Below, in pieces: positions 1-10,158 of a stretch of DNA of 64,000 nucleotides (position 1 is its first letter; every line of letters starts with the position of its first letter). Under the pieces are notes generated by a model that was given only the letters and a program-made list of their open reading frames with translations, was not told the origin of the DNA and made no database searches. Source of the stretch: Chara braunii (taxonomy: Eukaryota; Plantae; Charophyceae); NCBI GenBank assembly GCA_003427395.1, contig BFEA01000015.1, forward strand, positions 5,142,665-5,206,664, read 5' to 3'. The position numbers and the translations under genes are program-made.

Positions 1-975
1 GAAAGATCTGATCGACTGTGCCCGACTGTTGGTTGATGACAAAGCTTTCTGGATGAAAGGGGAGGGTTGAAGACTGTACAACATCGTCCATGAAACGCGA
101 GAGTATTTTGTCGCCATCGCCAGCGGTCTTCAAGCCCCTGCCGTCCCTCGGAAGATCGTCATGCCAAAATCCTGCACGAAGCTAACAAGGATTGCCCCCA
201 CAGCTGCAGCAAGCGATCTCCCGTGCAGTGACAGTGGAGAATATTGCTCCGCACGTCTTGCACGTCTGGGTCTTCAAATCCGGGAACCGCCCCAGAGGTT
301 ACAATTTGGCTTTCCTGTACGTGCTGGAGTCCGTGGCGATGGACATTGCGCGTGCTATGTGGTACGACGAGGAGTGGAGTAACGTCGCTAGTGCGGCCGT
401 TTGTGCGCACACAATATACCTGTCCATGGACTTGCCACTGTGGTTCGCTGGTGCGAACATCGAGGACAGGCCTGAGGACGACGACATGGCGGCGTACCAG
501 GAGTCCACCGTCATATGCATTGCGCATGCATTCCGCGCCGCGGTTCAGATGGGTGCGAACGTCGACGGCGGCTTCATCTCACACGACCGTCTCTCACGGG
601 GTTTTTGACTGCTTCAGGCTTTTGTTGGCGGCCAGCATGTGGTTGATGCGCATGGCGGGAGACGATCTGCGCAGCCATTACGAAGCTTTTTACTTCACCA
701 AGCTGGTGGCGAAGCCCACGCTCGTCTCGTCCATGCATCGCTCCTTCGAACATCGACGATCAGTCGTCCGTGCCACAAACGTCGTCACAAAGAGGCTTGG
801 GAAGGCGAACGCTACCTTGGGAGAGTACCCGAAGTACATCCCCGAATGGGCATCCTGCGACATCGTCTTTGGGCACGACGCGAGCATGACAGGGTCGGAG
901 GACGCGAAGAGGCTGGATTGGTTGCGTTCGGGCCCCCTGGAGGAGGACAACGACGACGCTAGAAAAGACAAATAG
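1..975 (+). pseudogene. 3' part of a degraded Harbinger-associated accessory ORF (probable Myb/SANT-type partner; the Myb domain itself is not in the window)
   Basis: Protein-like text runs across frames: KDLIDCARLLVDDKAFWMKGEG*RLYNIVHETREYF (in-frame TGA), then 192-608 (..HAFRAAVQMGANVDGGFISHDRLSR), then a frameshift near 600 into DCFRLLLAASMWLMRMAGDD..DWLRSGPLEEDNDDARKDK*. It converges on a Harbinger transposase; the partner identity is inferred from the two-ORF PIF/Harbinger layout. Confidence 0.55.
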
Positions 976-2289
976 GGGAGGGGGGCTGCTGGTCAGACGT
1001 ACGGCGCGGCAGAGGGAAGTGGAAGGGGGGGGGGGGCGGCGCGGGCGCTCCGAGATTTGTGGCTGCGCGTGTAGACGTTGGTGGTCGTGATGGGCTTGTC
1101 GTCGATTGGGCACGTGTACAGTGTGTCTCTCCTGTGAGTAGACGAGCGACGTTTTAGGTCGTTCGCTTTGGCAGGGGTGCTTTTTTCACTTCAATATGTT
1201 GGTTGTGCACCTGTTTAGTGTGCTGCTCCTGCGAGTAGACGAGTGACATTTTAGAGCGTTCACTTCAGCAGGGTCGACGGGGGGTTTCGATGTCAATCGT
1301 CGTGTTGTGTGTTGTTGTCATCGCAGCTTGCTGCGAACGAACATAATTGCGCTTCGAGCGCACCCTTTTTTTCATCATGCGTCCGCTGTTTTCGTGACTT
1401 CGCTTGCATGAGTGAATAATCATTGCGACGTTTGCATGCACACATTTCATCTTCGGCCTTTGCTGATGTCATTGTCGTTCGTTTGGTTCGTTTTTTGCAG
1501 TTTTCCCAAATGGCACCAACAACTTTATTTAATTTTCTTTACAACAGTCCTAGTAAGACAATGCACACATCCCTTAAGAGCCCCCCCCCGTCCAAGAGCA
1601 GTTGTTGTGAAGATGCAATGGCACAATGTATCTTCTTCCTGATTCATCATCGCATTGAAATATCAACACACAGAAGAACAACACATACTAACAATAGACA
1701 GAAGAAGAACACATCACCCCTCACCACCTGCACCCTCAATCGAGGATTTTAACATCGCAAGGAAGTTACAAAATTGAGCACCAATTGTCAAAAAAGACAT
1801 CATAATCTAACGCAGGGGCGACAAGTTTCAGCCCCTCCCGCACGATCAACCCTGCACTCTCTTCAACACGGCCGCCACGTGTCAAAAAAAAAAGGCGCAC
1901 AGGACACCCGCAGTGCGCCGTGTCCCCACAACACACTGGAAACGCCCATTGCTGGGCTCTCTGAACAACAGGCGCGCACATCCATGCACCGTGACGCTGA
2001 CGAACTGCAACCTCGAACGCAAACTACCAACCCCAAGGCGGGACGCGCACTAACACTCCCTTCAAGGGGGACGAAACAACAAATTTGCCCTCCTGCCAAT
2101 GCTGCAATGACTACACTTCCACGCGCTTCTGTCCACCATGTGAACACGACTCAATCGTGTTTCATTCGTTCCACTAAAGCATCCCTCAGGGCCAACGCTT
2201 CGTCTGTCGACGTAGGCTGAAGGGGCTCTTCAATCCCCAGGTCCACACGTCTTCGCACACCATTAGCGTCGACCTCCCATAGCAGATTC

Positions 2290-3478
2290 TCATAATGGAA
2301 TTCCAGCGTCAATCAGTATGTTGTGGAATATACAGACGGCGGTGAACTGTCGCGGGCGCGTGTCCAGGTTGGTCTTGTGCGTCCGCAGAAACAGCCGCCA
2401 CATCCCCTTCAGCCTGCCGAACGCCCTCTCCACCGCTCCCCTCGCCACCTTCTGCTTGTTGTCAAACCACTCCTCATCGAGCTCCTGATTGACGCCTCCA
2501 TATGGGACGACCATCCATTCCGAAGGGGAGTAGCCATTGTCCGCCAGGATGTACCCGTTCGTCCGGACACCGAACGGTAGTGTCACAGCGGGACCACGGA
2601 ACAACGACCTCGACTCCGCGCGCTGCCACAGGCTGGACAACTGGAGCACCCTGATGTCGTGGCAGCTACCCGGGTATCCCATGTGCACATCAAGCACATG
2701 CAAGTCCAAGTCGACGACAACCTGCGCGACGATGGAGAAACGACGCTTCCTGTCATAATAGTTTTCGCTCGGTGCGTACGTCGACTTGTCCACGTAGATG
2801 TGAGTACAGTCAATGCAACCGTGGCAATTGGGGAAACCCTTTATCAGCGAACGCCCGCAAAACGAGGAGCTTACGAACTTCAGCCGGCCAGGCAATCTTC
2901 TCTCCGTCCACCCGGAGCAGCACGACAGTAACGTCGCGGATGGCAACCAGGCCAGAAGCTCTGCCAATCCCGAAGTTGCACGTGTTGTTCTCGTACGTCT
3001 CCCCGCCCATCTGTACAGTGCGTACGCCACAATCTGGTCTGGCTGCAAAGGCTCTCTGTAGAACGTCACCCGCCGCTGAAGATGAGGCGCACATGCCTCT
3101 GCGATTTCCCGAACACTCGCGGTGACATGCGTAGCTTCTCCCGGAAGTATCGTCTGTCGCGTCGTCGCATTGCCTGAGGTCTTCCCACGTGCCTCCTGTC
3201 CTGCGCTTCATCCACCACCTCGACGTCGCTCGAGGAATCACTCTGCAACCCAACGTGTAGCACAGCTGAACAACAGCCTCTGAGGTCGCCACGTAGTCGG
3301 GGCCATCGTTCGAAGCTTGTGTCAATGTCCTCCGTCTACGCGCGCGCAACTGCTCCTCCAGTCGTCCCAGCGCCCTCTCCTGCTGACATCGAAGAACAAC
3401 GGTAGACACGGCCGCCACCACGACCTGCTGCTCAGGAGGCGTAAACACCGCACGTCCACCCTCTCCGCCGCCCTCCAT
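2290..3478 (-). pseudogene. PIF/Harbinger DDE transposase (HARBI1/DDE_Tnp_4-like), frameshifted
   Basis: Motifs GCIDCTHI, YYDRKRRFSIVAQVVVD, YPGSCHDIRVL, ILADNGYS, VERAFGRLKGMWR, AVCIFHNIL in ORF 2290-3069. N-terminal pieces (RWWMKRRTGGTWEDL, YFREKLRMSPRVF) lie in other frames up to 3478. Confidence 0.9.
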
Positions 3479-5713
3479 AGCCGCGACCTGGACACGGACC
3501 CATCGCTCCGCTGCCGTGTGTGTCGTCCGTCGAAAGCTGGCCCTTTTTCTCTAGATGTAGTCTAGCAGACAGAAATGTGTTTCAAGGCGCAGTCGACGTG
3601 TGCGAAGGTCGACGGTGATGGACGCACCCGATGATGCCTGCACACTCACAACGACCGGGGGACGGAAGTGACGCCGCCGCTGAGCCCCCGTTTCAGCAGT
3701 GTACCGTCTTCGCGCCGCCAGCCGCACGTCGTTGTCGTCGTCGCAGCCGTCATTCGAAATTCGAATGTCAAACGTCGACGCCCCCCGGGTTAATTTTTTT
3801 TCCCGTCGCCCGCCTCATGTCGTTTCCCGCCACACGTCGCTGGACCACGCCGCCTCCACACGGACAAAAGATGGTGGACCAAGGACGACCGACCCCGCGG
3901 ACACTAATTTCCGTATGAAAACGGCCGCGGGCACGCCACAAGGAAACATCCTCGAGGGAGGTCCCCAAGGTTGAGTGGAACGACGCTGCAAATTTCCCTT
4001 AAGAGCCACACGGAAATTTCCTTGTGGCTCAAGGAATTCGTAAGGAGTGTCTAACGAGGCCCATACTCACACTTGCACCATTGAAATGCATCCAACCACT
4101 TTCACAACCAAAGCTTTGTTGGTTTTTTTCTTTTTTGTTCTTTTTTGCCTGACAGACGTGCTCCCCGTGTTCTTCATTCGGCCTGAGTGCCCTCACCGAG
4201 GGCAGACTCACAGGGAGTACTCCAAAAAGTGTATCCAACTGCAATCACTGCCAAAGCTTGTTTTGTTTTTTGGAACGTGCGGATTTGACATGGGCCCAAA
4301 ATTTGAAAACCTTCTGACGCTCCAACCCTGCCCCCAGCCCACCTTTTACTTCTTGTGGCGACAAGTTATTTTGCTGCAAGGCTGAGGCAGTGTACTGGTG
4401 GTTTAACTCGCCACAATTTCAGGAAACGTACGGGCTACTACAGGAGCGCCCCAATTCATCCGAATAGAAACGTTTCTACTCTATTTTTTTCCATGGCCGA
4501 TAGCTGGGCCAAATACTGGTGCTTTAAGCGAGCTTCCAAACATTTTAGTCCAGATTCTTGAAACCTGCCCGGTAGACTGGCCAGCTGGCTCGGTCCCCAG
4601 TCAGGGCCCAAATCTCAGAGGGAAGTAGAGGCGCGGGGGCAGCCGGGAGAGTATGCTCACTTTGGGCCAGGCAAGGTGCCTGGCAGCCTCGTGCAGGTTC
4701 ATGGCACAGCCAGGCAAGGTCCAAATCTTTTTCAGGAGCCTGGCAGACCCACCTTTTACTTTTCCATGTTTGGTGAATCTCCGCCGTCGAGTGGGACCGA
4801 GAAGACATTTGCTCCACAAATTTCAAGCAGGGAAGTCGACAGGGCAGTTTTTCTTGGACATTCAAGTTTGAATGCTGTGGCAAGGTTGTTCAGACTTGCC
4901 CTCCTATTGTCGTCACTGTCGTGCTGCCATTGTCATCATGACCGTCATCATTTTTATCCAGCCACCACAACCCTGGTGCTCCGCCTATTGTGCTACCTGC
5001 CAGGTCCCCCCCCATCTGCATCGAGAAGAAGTTGAGTTCGCTGTTGCTCTTCTTCTTCTTGCTAATGATAGACGGAGAAAGGGTGGAATTGAGCCCCATG
5101 GGAAACTACATCCTCACCCTCCTCCCTTCACCGCTATCTACCTAGCTACCCTCCCTCCATCAGCATTTACCTCCTCGCCATACTCCCTCTATCGCCATCT
5201 ACCTCCTCACCATGCTCCCCCCATCACCCTTGACCTCCTCCCCATCTCCGTTTCATCAGTTTTCTTCTTCTTGTGGCTAGCCGAGAGAGGGAGAGGGCAG
5301 AATCCCCCTCCTCCGATCACCACCCATCGCCTCCCCCCTTGCCATATCCATCCTCCATCCATTCCTATCTAGCTCATCGCCATCTGCTTCCTCCCTTCCA
5401 CCAGCTACCTCTCTCCTCCCTCCCTGCCACCACAACCCCTTTCACGTGTACTAAAAGGAAACAAAAGAGCCCAGATATGGACAGTCTCAGTGGGTGGAGC
5501 AACGCCCCACCACCCAGATAAAAAGTGAGCCATTTGTTGCCCAGGGTACCCCCGGCAGGTGCCCGTACGTGCAGGCTGCACAGATGCCCTTTTGCCCTGT
5601 CGTCACTCGTAACCCTGGTATACGGCTATAAACTTTTCACTTTCAAATAAGTTCAGCTGCATCGAGGTATGTCATACTGACCATAGTAAATGCATGTTCC
5701 CCCCCCCCTTTCC

Positions 5714-5755
5714 TTGGACCATTTCTCGATTTATGCGTGTCATCGGGCAAGGGCC

Positions 5756-5787
<32 letters not shown>

Positions 5788-5805
5788 ATGGATGTCCCGA
5801 AAGAC
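5714..5805 (-). ncRNA. U6: U6 snRNA copy, probably a pseudogene (altered internal stem-loop, no oligo-T terminator)
   Basis: Reverse complement reads GTCTTTCGGGACATCCATTAAAATTGGAACGATACAGAGAAGATTAGCATGGCCCTTGCCCGATGACACGCATAAATCGAGAAATGGTCCAA, a plant-type U6 with intact ACAGAGA box and AGC triad. Canonical CCTGCGCAAGGATG is shortened to CTTGCCCGATG. Confidence 0.9.
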
Positions 5806-5905
5806 AGCATAGTAAATCCAGTTCTAAGTTATGCTAATCTTCTGTGTATCGTTCCAATTTTAATGGATGTCCCGAAAGACAGCATAGTAAATCCAGTTCT
5901 AAGTT
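5756..5905. repeat. 75-bp tandem duplication creating a second, 5'-half U6 copy (5831-5880, minus)
   Basis: 5756-5830 and 5831-5905 are identical except one base, which turns ACAGAGA into ACACAGA in the second copy. Confidence 0.9.
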
Positions 5906-6008
5906 AAATTTGCACAAAGTGCCTTTTAAATCGCCAGTACATCGGAGCCTCTTTTCGCTGAGGGGGATTCCCCCTCCATGCCAAGCTCTGCCGAAATGCC
6001 AGCAGAGC

Positions 6009-6046
<38 letters not shown>

Positions 6047-7069
6047 CCCTTTTGACTGGCGCCACCAGCCATTTTTGGTCTTGGTAGCCCCGAGCCTCCA
6101 AAATTCAGATTGGCTGGATTTCCATTCTCAAGTTTGCCTGCGCGATGTAATGGCAGTTTTAATTGAATGATTGATAATGCCGCCAATCCAGAACTCGGCA
6201 TTCCTCTTTCATTTGAAACGACTCTCTTCCCCCCTTTGCTGCAATTCAATCAGGCCATTCCCTGCAGAAGCAAAATCCAAGAAAAAGTCGACGCATCTTT
6301 GCCAAAACTTTGAGAAAGCAAGCAATGGATACTTCAAAGCAACTTTACCTCTATTGTTGACGATGAAGCATGCATGAGATGAACCAATCCATGAAGGAAA
6401 CAGTGTTGCCTCCATAGTCAGCAACGTGAAGCACAACAGAAATGTTACCGTTATGCAAGCAATGCATACATGAGTAGATCGAAAATCATAGAAACCTGAC
6501 CTTAAAGGCAGCACACTTGAGAGGGCCCTACCCAACGATGAGACAGTTAGCAATCTGCAACACAATTGAATGTGTGTGTGTGTGTGTGTGTGCGGGGGGG
6601 GGGGTGTGGGTGTGTGTGTGTGCGCGAGCGTGTGTTTGTGTGGTGTGCATGTGTGTGTGTTTTAAGTGTCCACCACAACACAGCCCCAATTCCACCCAGA
6701 TGAGTAGATTCGAGTTGAGCCAGCCCAACAATTAAAGAATTCACCTCTTTAGCAAGCAATGTAAATCATAATACAACCATTTTGAACCGTGTTTAGTTGG
6801 GTTTCTTTGGGGCAACAGCTCCTCCTGTACTATGCCTCACACGTACAAGGCTGCCCATGTTGATGGCGGTTAAGCGGCAGCTGCCCACATCCCCATGTGC
6901 CTTAACAGCCCACTTGCACGTCATAACAGGAGGCAGAGTAAAAGGGAAGGCATGCTCCTGTGCATTTCTCTTCAGATCTTCATACTCCTGTTCATTTCAC
7001 TTCCGACCTTCAGCTTATACTTAGTGTTTGTGTTTGTCCTTGTGTGTTTGTGAGTGTTTTTTTTTTTTA

Positions 7070-7220
7070 ATCTGGACTTCCGGACACCAACCGAACTGTC
7101 CGGGTCCCGTTGTTTGGATCTCCAGTTGTGTGTCCGGTTACCGGACGTCCGGTTCAATCCAGACACGGGTCTGGTACAGGTGTCTGGATGTCCGGATGTC
7201 CATGTCTGGGGCAACCATGC
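7070..7220. mobile_element. hAT-like transposon terminus with TCCGG-rich subterminal repeats
   Basis: Dense TCCGG/CCGGA motifs ending in ATGTCTGGGGCAACCATG (reverse complement CATGGTTGCC.., resembling hAT TIRs). The same 17-mer recurs near 14277-14293. Confidence 0.45.
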
Positions 7221-7452
7221 TTTTCATCAACCCTATTTTTTTTATTTTTTTTTAAAGGGTGATAATGCCGTGATAGCATCATCGAGATGACAAGCACCAC
7301 GTAAATTCAGGGTTATTTACTCATCTGATTCCATCTGGATTCGAACTTCGATTTGTTTTACTAACTTAAATCCAACAATTCATTGGCACACCGTTCAGCC
7401 ACATGGGCTGTGGAATCTGTGTGGATTCCCAAATTCGAACATACTACATTTT

Positions 7453-7553
7453 GTCCTTTGTGACATCCATGGAAATTGCAACAATACAGAGAAGAAGATT
7501 AGCATGGCCCCTGCGCGAGGATGACACACATACATCACAAAATCGTACAAATT
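7453..7553 (+). pseudogene. U6: Degenerate U6 snRNA pseudogene
   Basis: GTCCTTTGTGACATCCATGGAAATTGCAACAATACAGAGAAGAAGATTAGCATGGCCCCTGCGCGAGGATGACACACATACATCACAAAATCGTACAAATT is colinear with U6, with a 3-nt AGA duplication after the ACAGAGA box and many substitutions. Confidence 0.85.
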
Positions 7554-9511
7554 GAGAAAGAATTTCAAAGAGACAAAAGAAAAACACGTACCACATGGTC
7601 CACATCCTTCTTTTCAACTTTAAAATTGAAAATTGAACTTCAATAATTCAGATTTCTTCCGATTCATTCTCGAGTTGTGCATTCCTTTTTTTTTTGCAAC
7701 AGCTGTTCTAATCCTTCCCCCCCCACTCTTCCTTTGAAATCGAAAATTGAACTTCAATTATTCAAATTTCTTCGGATTTATTCTTGAGGTTGTGCATCCC
7801 CTTCTTTTGCAGCAGCTGTGCTAAATTGCTAATCCCTCCCCCCCGCACCCCCCTCTTTGTAAGGTTTCCCTCTTCTCTTTTCATCATCCCAGTTTCCAGT
7901 AGATTTTAACACCTCTCTCCCAAAGGACATAACGAAGCTTTGAAACTTCACAGTGGATTAGTAACAGAGTTCACATGGGTTGTGCAATAAACAAGGTTGG
8001 ATTCCGTTTCGATTATTTAGTATTTACTTAGAACTTCAGCCTTTTAAATGAAAGTGCAACAGATAAAGTTATGCCAACTACATCGAATACGCATGCTAGT
8101 GGAAGTTGTAAAGTCAAGTGTGGGCTGGAATTACAATATGCCAGCTAACCCAATCTACACCATACTCAAGATCTATATGGCCTATAAGCACACCATTCGT
8201 CAGAGAAAGAAACACATCTCATCATTTTTACCACAATTTCTGACGACACAGAGGATTCTGCAGTTCTTCCCGGGGAGCCACCGACACGCACAGCTTGAAC
8301 GATACGACATGCTGTCATGAAAACACATGAGCATCATCATCATGCCAAACACGCAGGCTCTCTGTCATCATTCTTTGTCCCTGAGGTGCACAATCACATG
8401 CTCAAATGCCTTAAGGCTAGTATAACACTATCAAATGGACCTTTTTTCACGACAAACGCTTGAGAAAGTCTTTGTTTAGATCTCGAACACACTTTCGCCT
8501 TCGGACTTGACCTGAGTAGATGCAGCAAAGAAGCAGCATTTGAGCAACAAGAAGTCATCCAAGACCCTGTATAACTACCCGGCTGAAAGCAGGCCGAGAG
8601 CACACCGACACAAGAACACACTGACACAAGAACACACCGAACACTGAAGTCTCTATATTATGAAAGCCTTCAAAGTTCAAACTTCAAAGCCATAAATTTG
8701 GAGAATCTGCTTCTACATGTGCAACTTCATTAGCAGAACCAAAACAAAAAACTCTAAAAAAAAGAGAAACAAGTAATGTCACAAAAAAAGTCAATCCAAT
8801 CTCATAGTCGAGATTCTTGTTGCTACAGTGAGGCGACCATGCAAGTCACCACCTCTGGTGAGCCTTTTTCCCTGCAGATCTTTGTAGTTCTCTTATCTGG
8901 CGCTAGATCATATACAAATGGTGTGCTCTGGCGAGTCCACCACAGCACATACCAGGTGAGGAAATCTGTTCTCTAGCAACGTGTTGGGTTGGTGATATTG
9001 CTTCCCCCTCACACAATTGAGAGGATTTTTGACATGATGCGTGTGCTCGCCCGGGCCCGCCACAGCACATACATACCAGGTCAGGAAATCAGTTCTCTAC
9101 CTACACGTTGGGTCCACCTCAAACAATTAAACCACCAGTACATCCGGGGCGAGAGGCGCTGCACTGCGTGCCAAGCTTTTCCGACCCATCAGCGGTGCAC
9201 TTTTTTTTTTTGGCCGCTGCCAGCCATTGTCGCCCCTAGCCCCAAAAAGTTTGGAGTAGGCGATGAACAAATTTCCTCACGGTTGGGGTCGTGTATTAAG
9301 AGGAGTTTAGAAGCAATACAACAAAAGATGCGCCTATAGGCTATAGTGAAGCTAAAACTAATAAAACCAAATCTTCATTTACAAAATAGCGACTAATGAC
9401 TTAGAGATAAGTATACATATGATATCTTTGAAATTTTGGATATGGTGTCACAACACCATACCATACACTATAAAGCATGAGTGTGTGCATACGTGCAGGG
9501 ATGATAACGCT

Positions 9512-9970
9512 GTGGCCTTTCATCAGCCTGCATAGAGGCAAAGGGCTTTCGAAAAGGTAGCAAGTAGCTAAAAGCAAAAAGTCTAATTGGGCGGCCAAAG
9601 TCTGGGAGGTCCTGACTCGCAATTGGATTCGAACAACATGCGAGGTGTCTGCATGTTAACCATTTCACCAAGCGAGTATGCTCACTATTGAACTTGAATT
9701 GATAACCTTTAGGAACAGGATCAGCTCTGGCCTTTGATCAGCCTACACATAGGCAAAGGGCTTTGAAAAAAGTAGCAAGTAGCTAAAAGCAAATCCAAAT
9801 TTAGCGGCCAAAATCTGAGAGGTCCTGACTCGCAATTGGATTTGAATTTGAACAACATATGAGGTGTCTGTGCATTTACCATTTCCACCAAGCTGACTAT
9901 CTAACTTGAAGTGACAACCTGCAGGATCAGGACCTTTTTTTTTTTTTTTTTGATAACCTGCAGGATCAGG
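9512..9970. repeat. Diverged tandem duplication of about 215 bp
   Basis: TGGCCTTT..ATCAGCCT..AGGCAAAGGGCTTT..GTAGCAAGTAGCTAAAAGCAAA..GAGGTCCTGACTCGCAATTGGATT occurs near 9512 and again near 9728. Confidence 0.8.
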
Positions 9971-10158
9971 ATCAATTCTGTTGTTTTTACCATTTGCAGC
10001 ACGTGAGACTTCAAACCAAGAAGGCTCACTTATGCAAAACACAGAAAACATGGAGGGGTGACCATGAATTTTAACAAGGAAGGGAAATTAGAAAATGCAA
10101 ATATATTGACCTATTCTTTGCAATCCGAAATGCAGAGAAGACTCACAGAGGGAGTTTT

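Larger units (their letters stand above)
1..4051. mobile_element. PIF/Harbinger DNA transposon, right-hand part (left end outside window)
   Basis: Convergent accessory ORF and transposase. Subterminal palindrome at 4003-4030. Candidate terminus at 4051 followed by TAA (4052-4054), the typical Harbinger target. The other TIR is not visible, so the end is tentative. Confidence 0.6.

Noticed and set aside
4545-4883. Host gene exon
   Set aside because: Short overlapping ORFs with no recognisable domain or consistent splice structure.
5881-5960. Intact U6 promoter (USE plus TATA)
   Set aside because: No correctly oriented RTCCCACATCG upstream of the minus copy. Only a weak AGCCACATGG near 7397-7406 for the plus copy.
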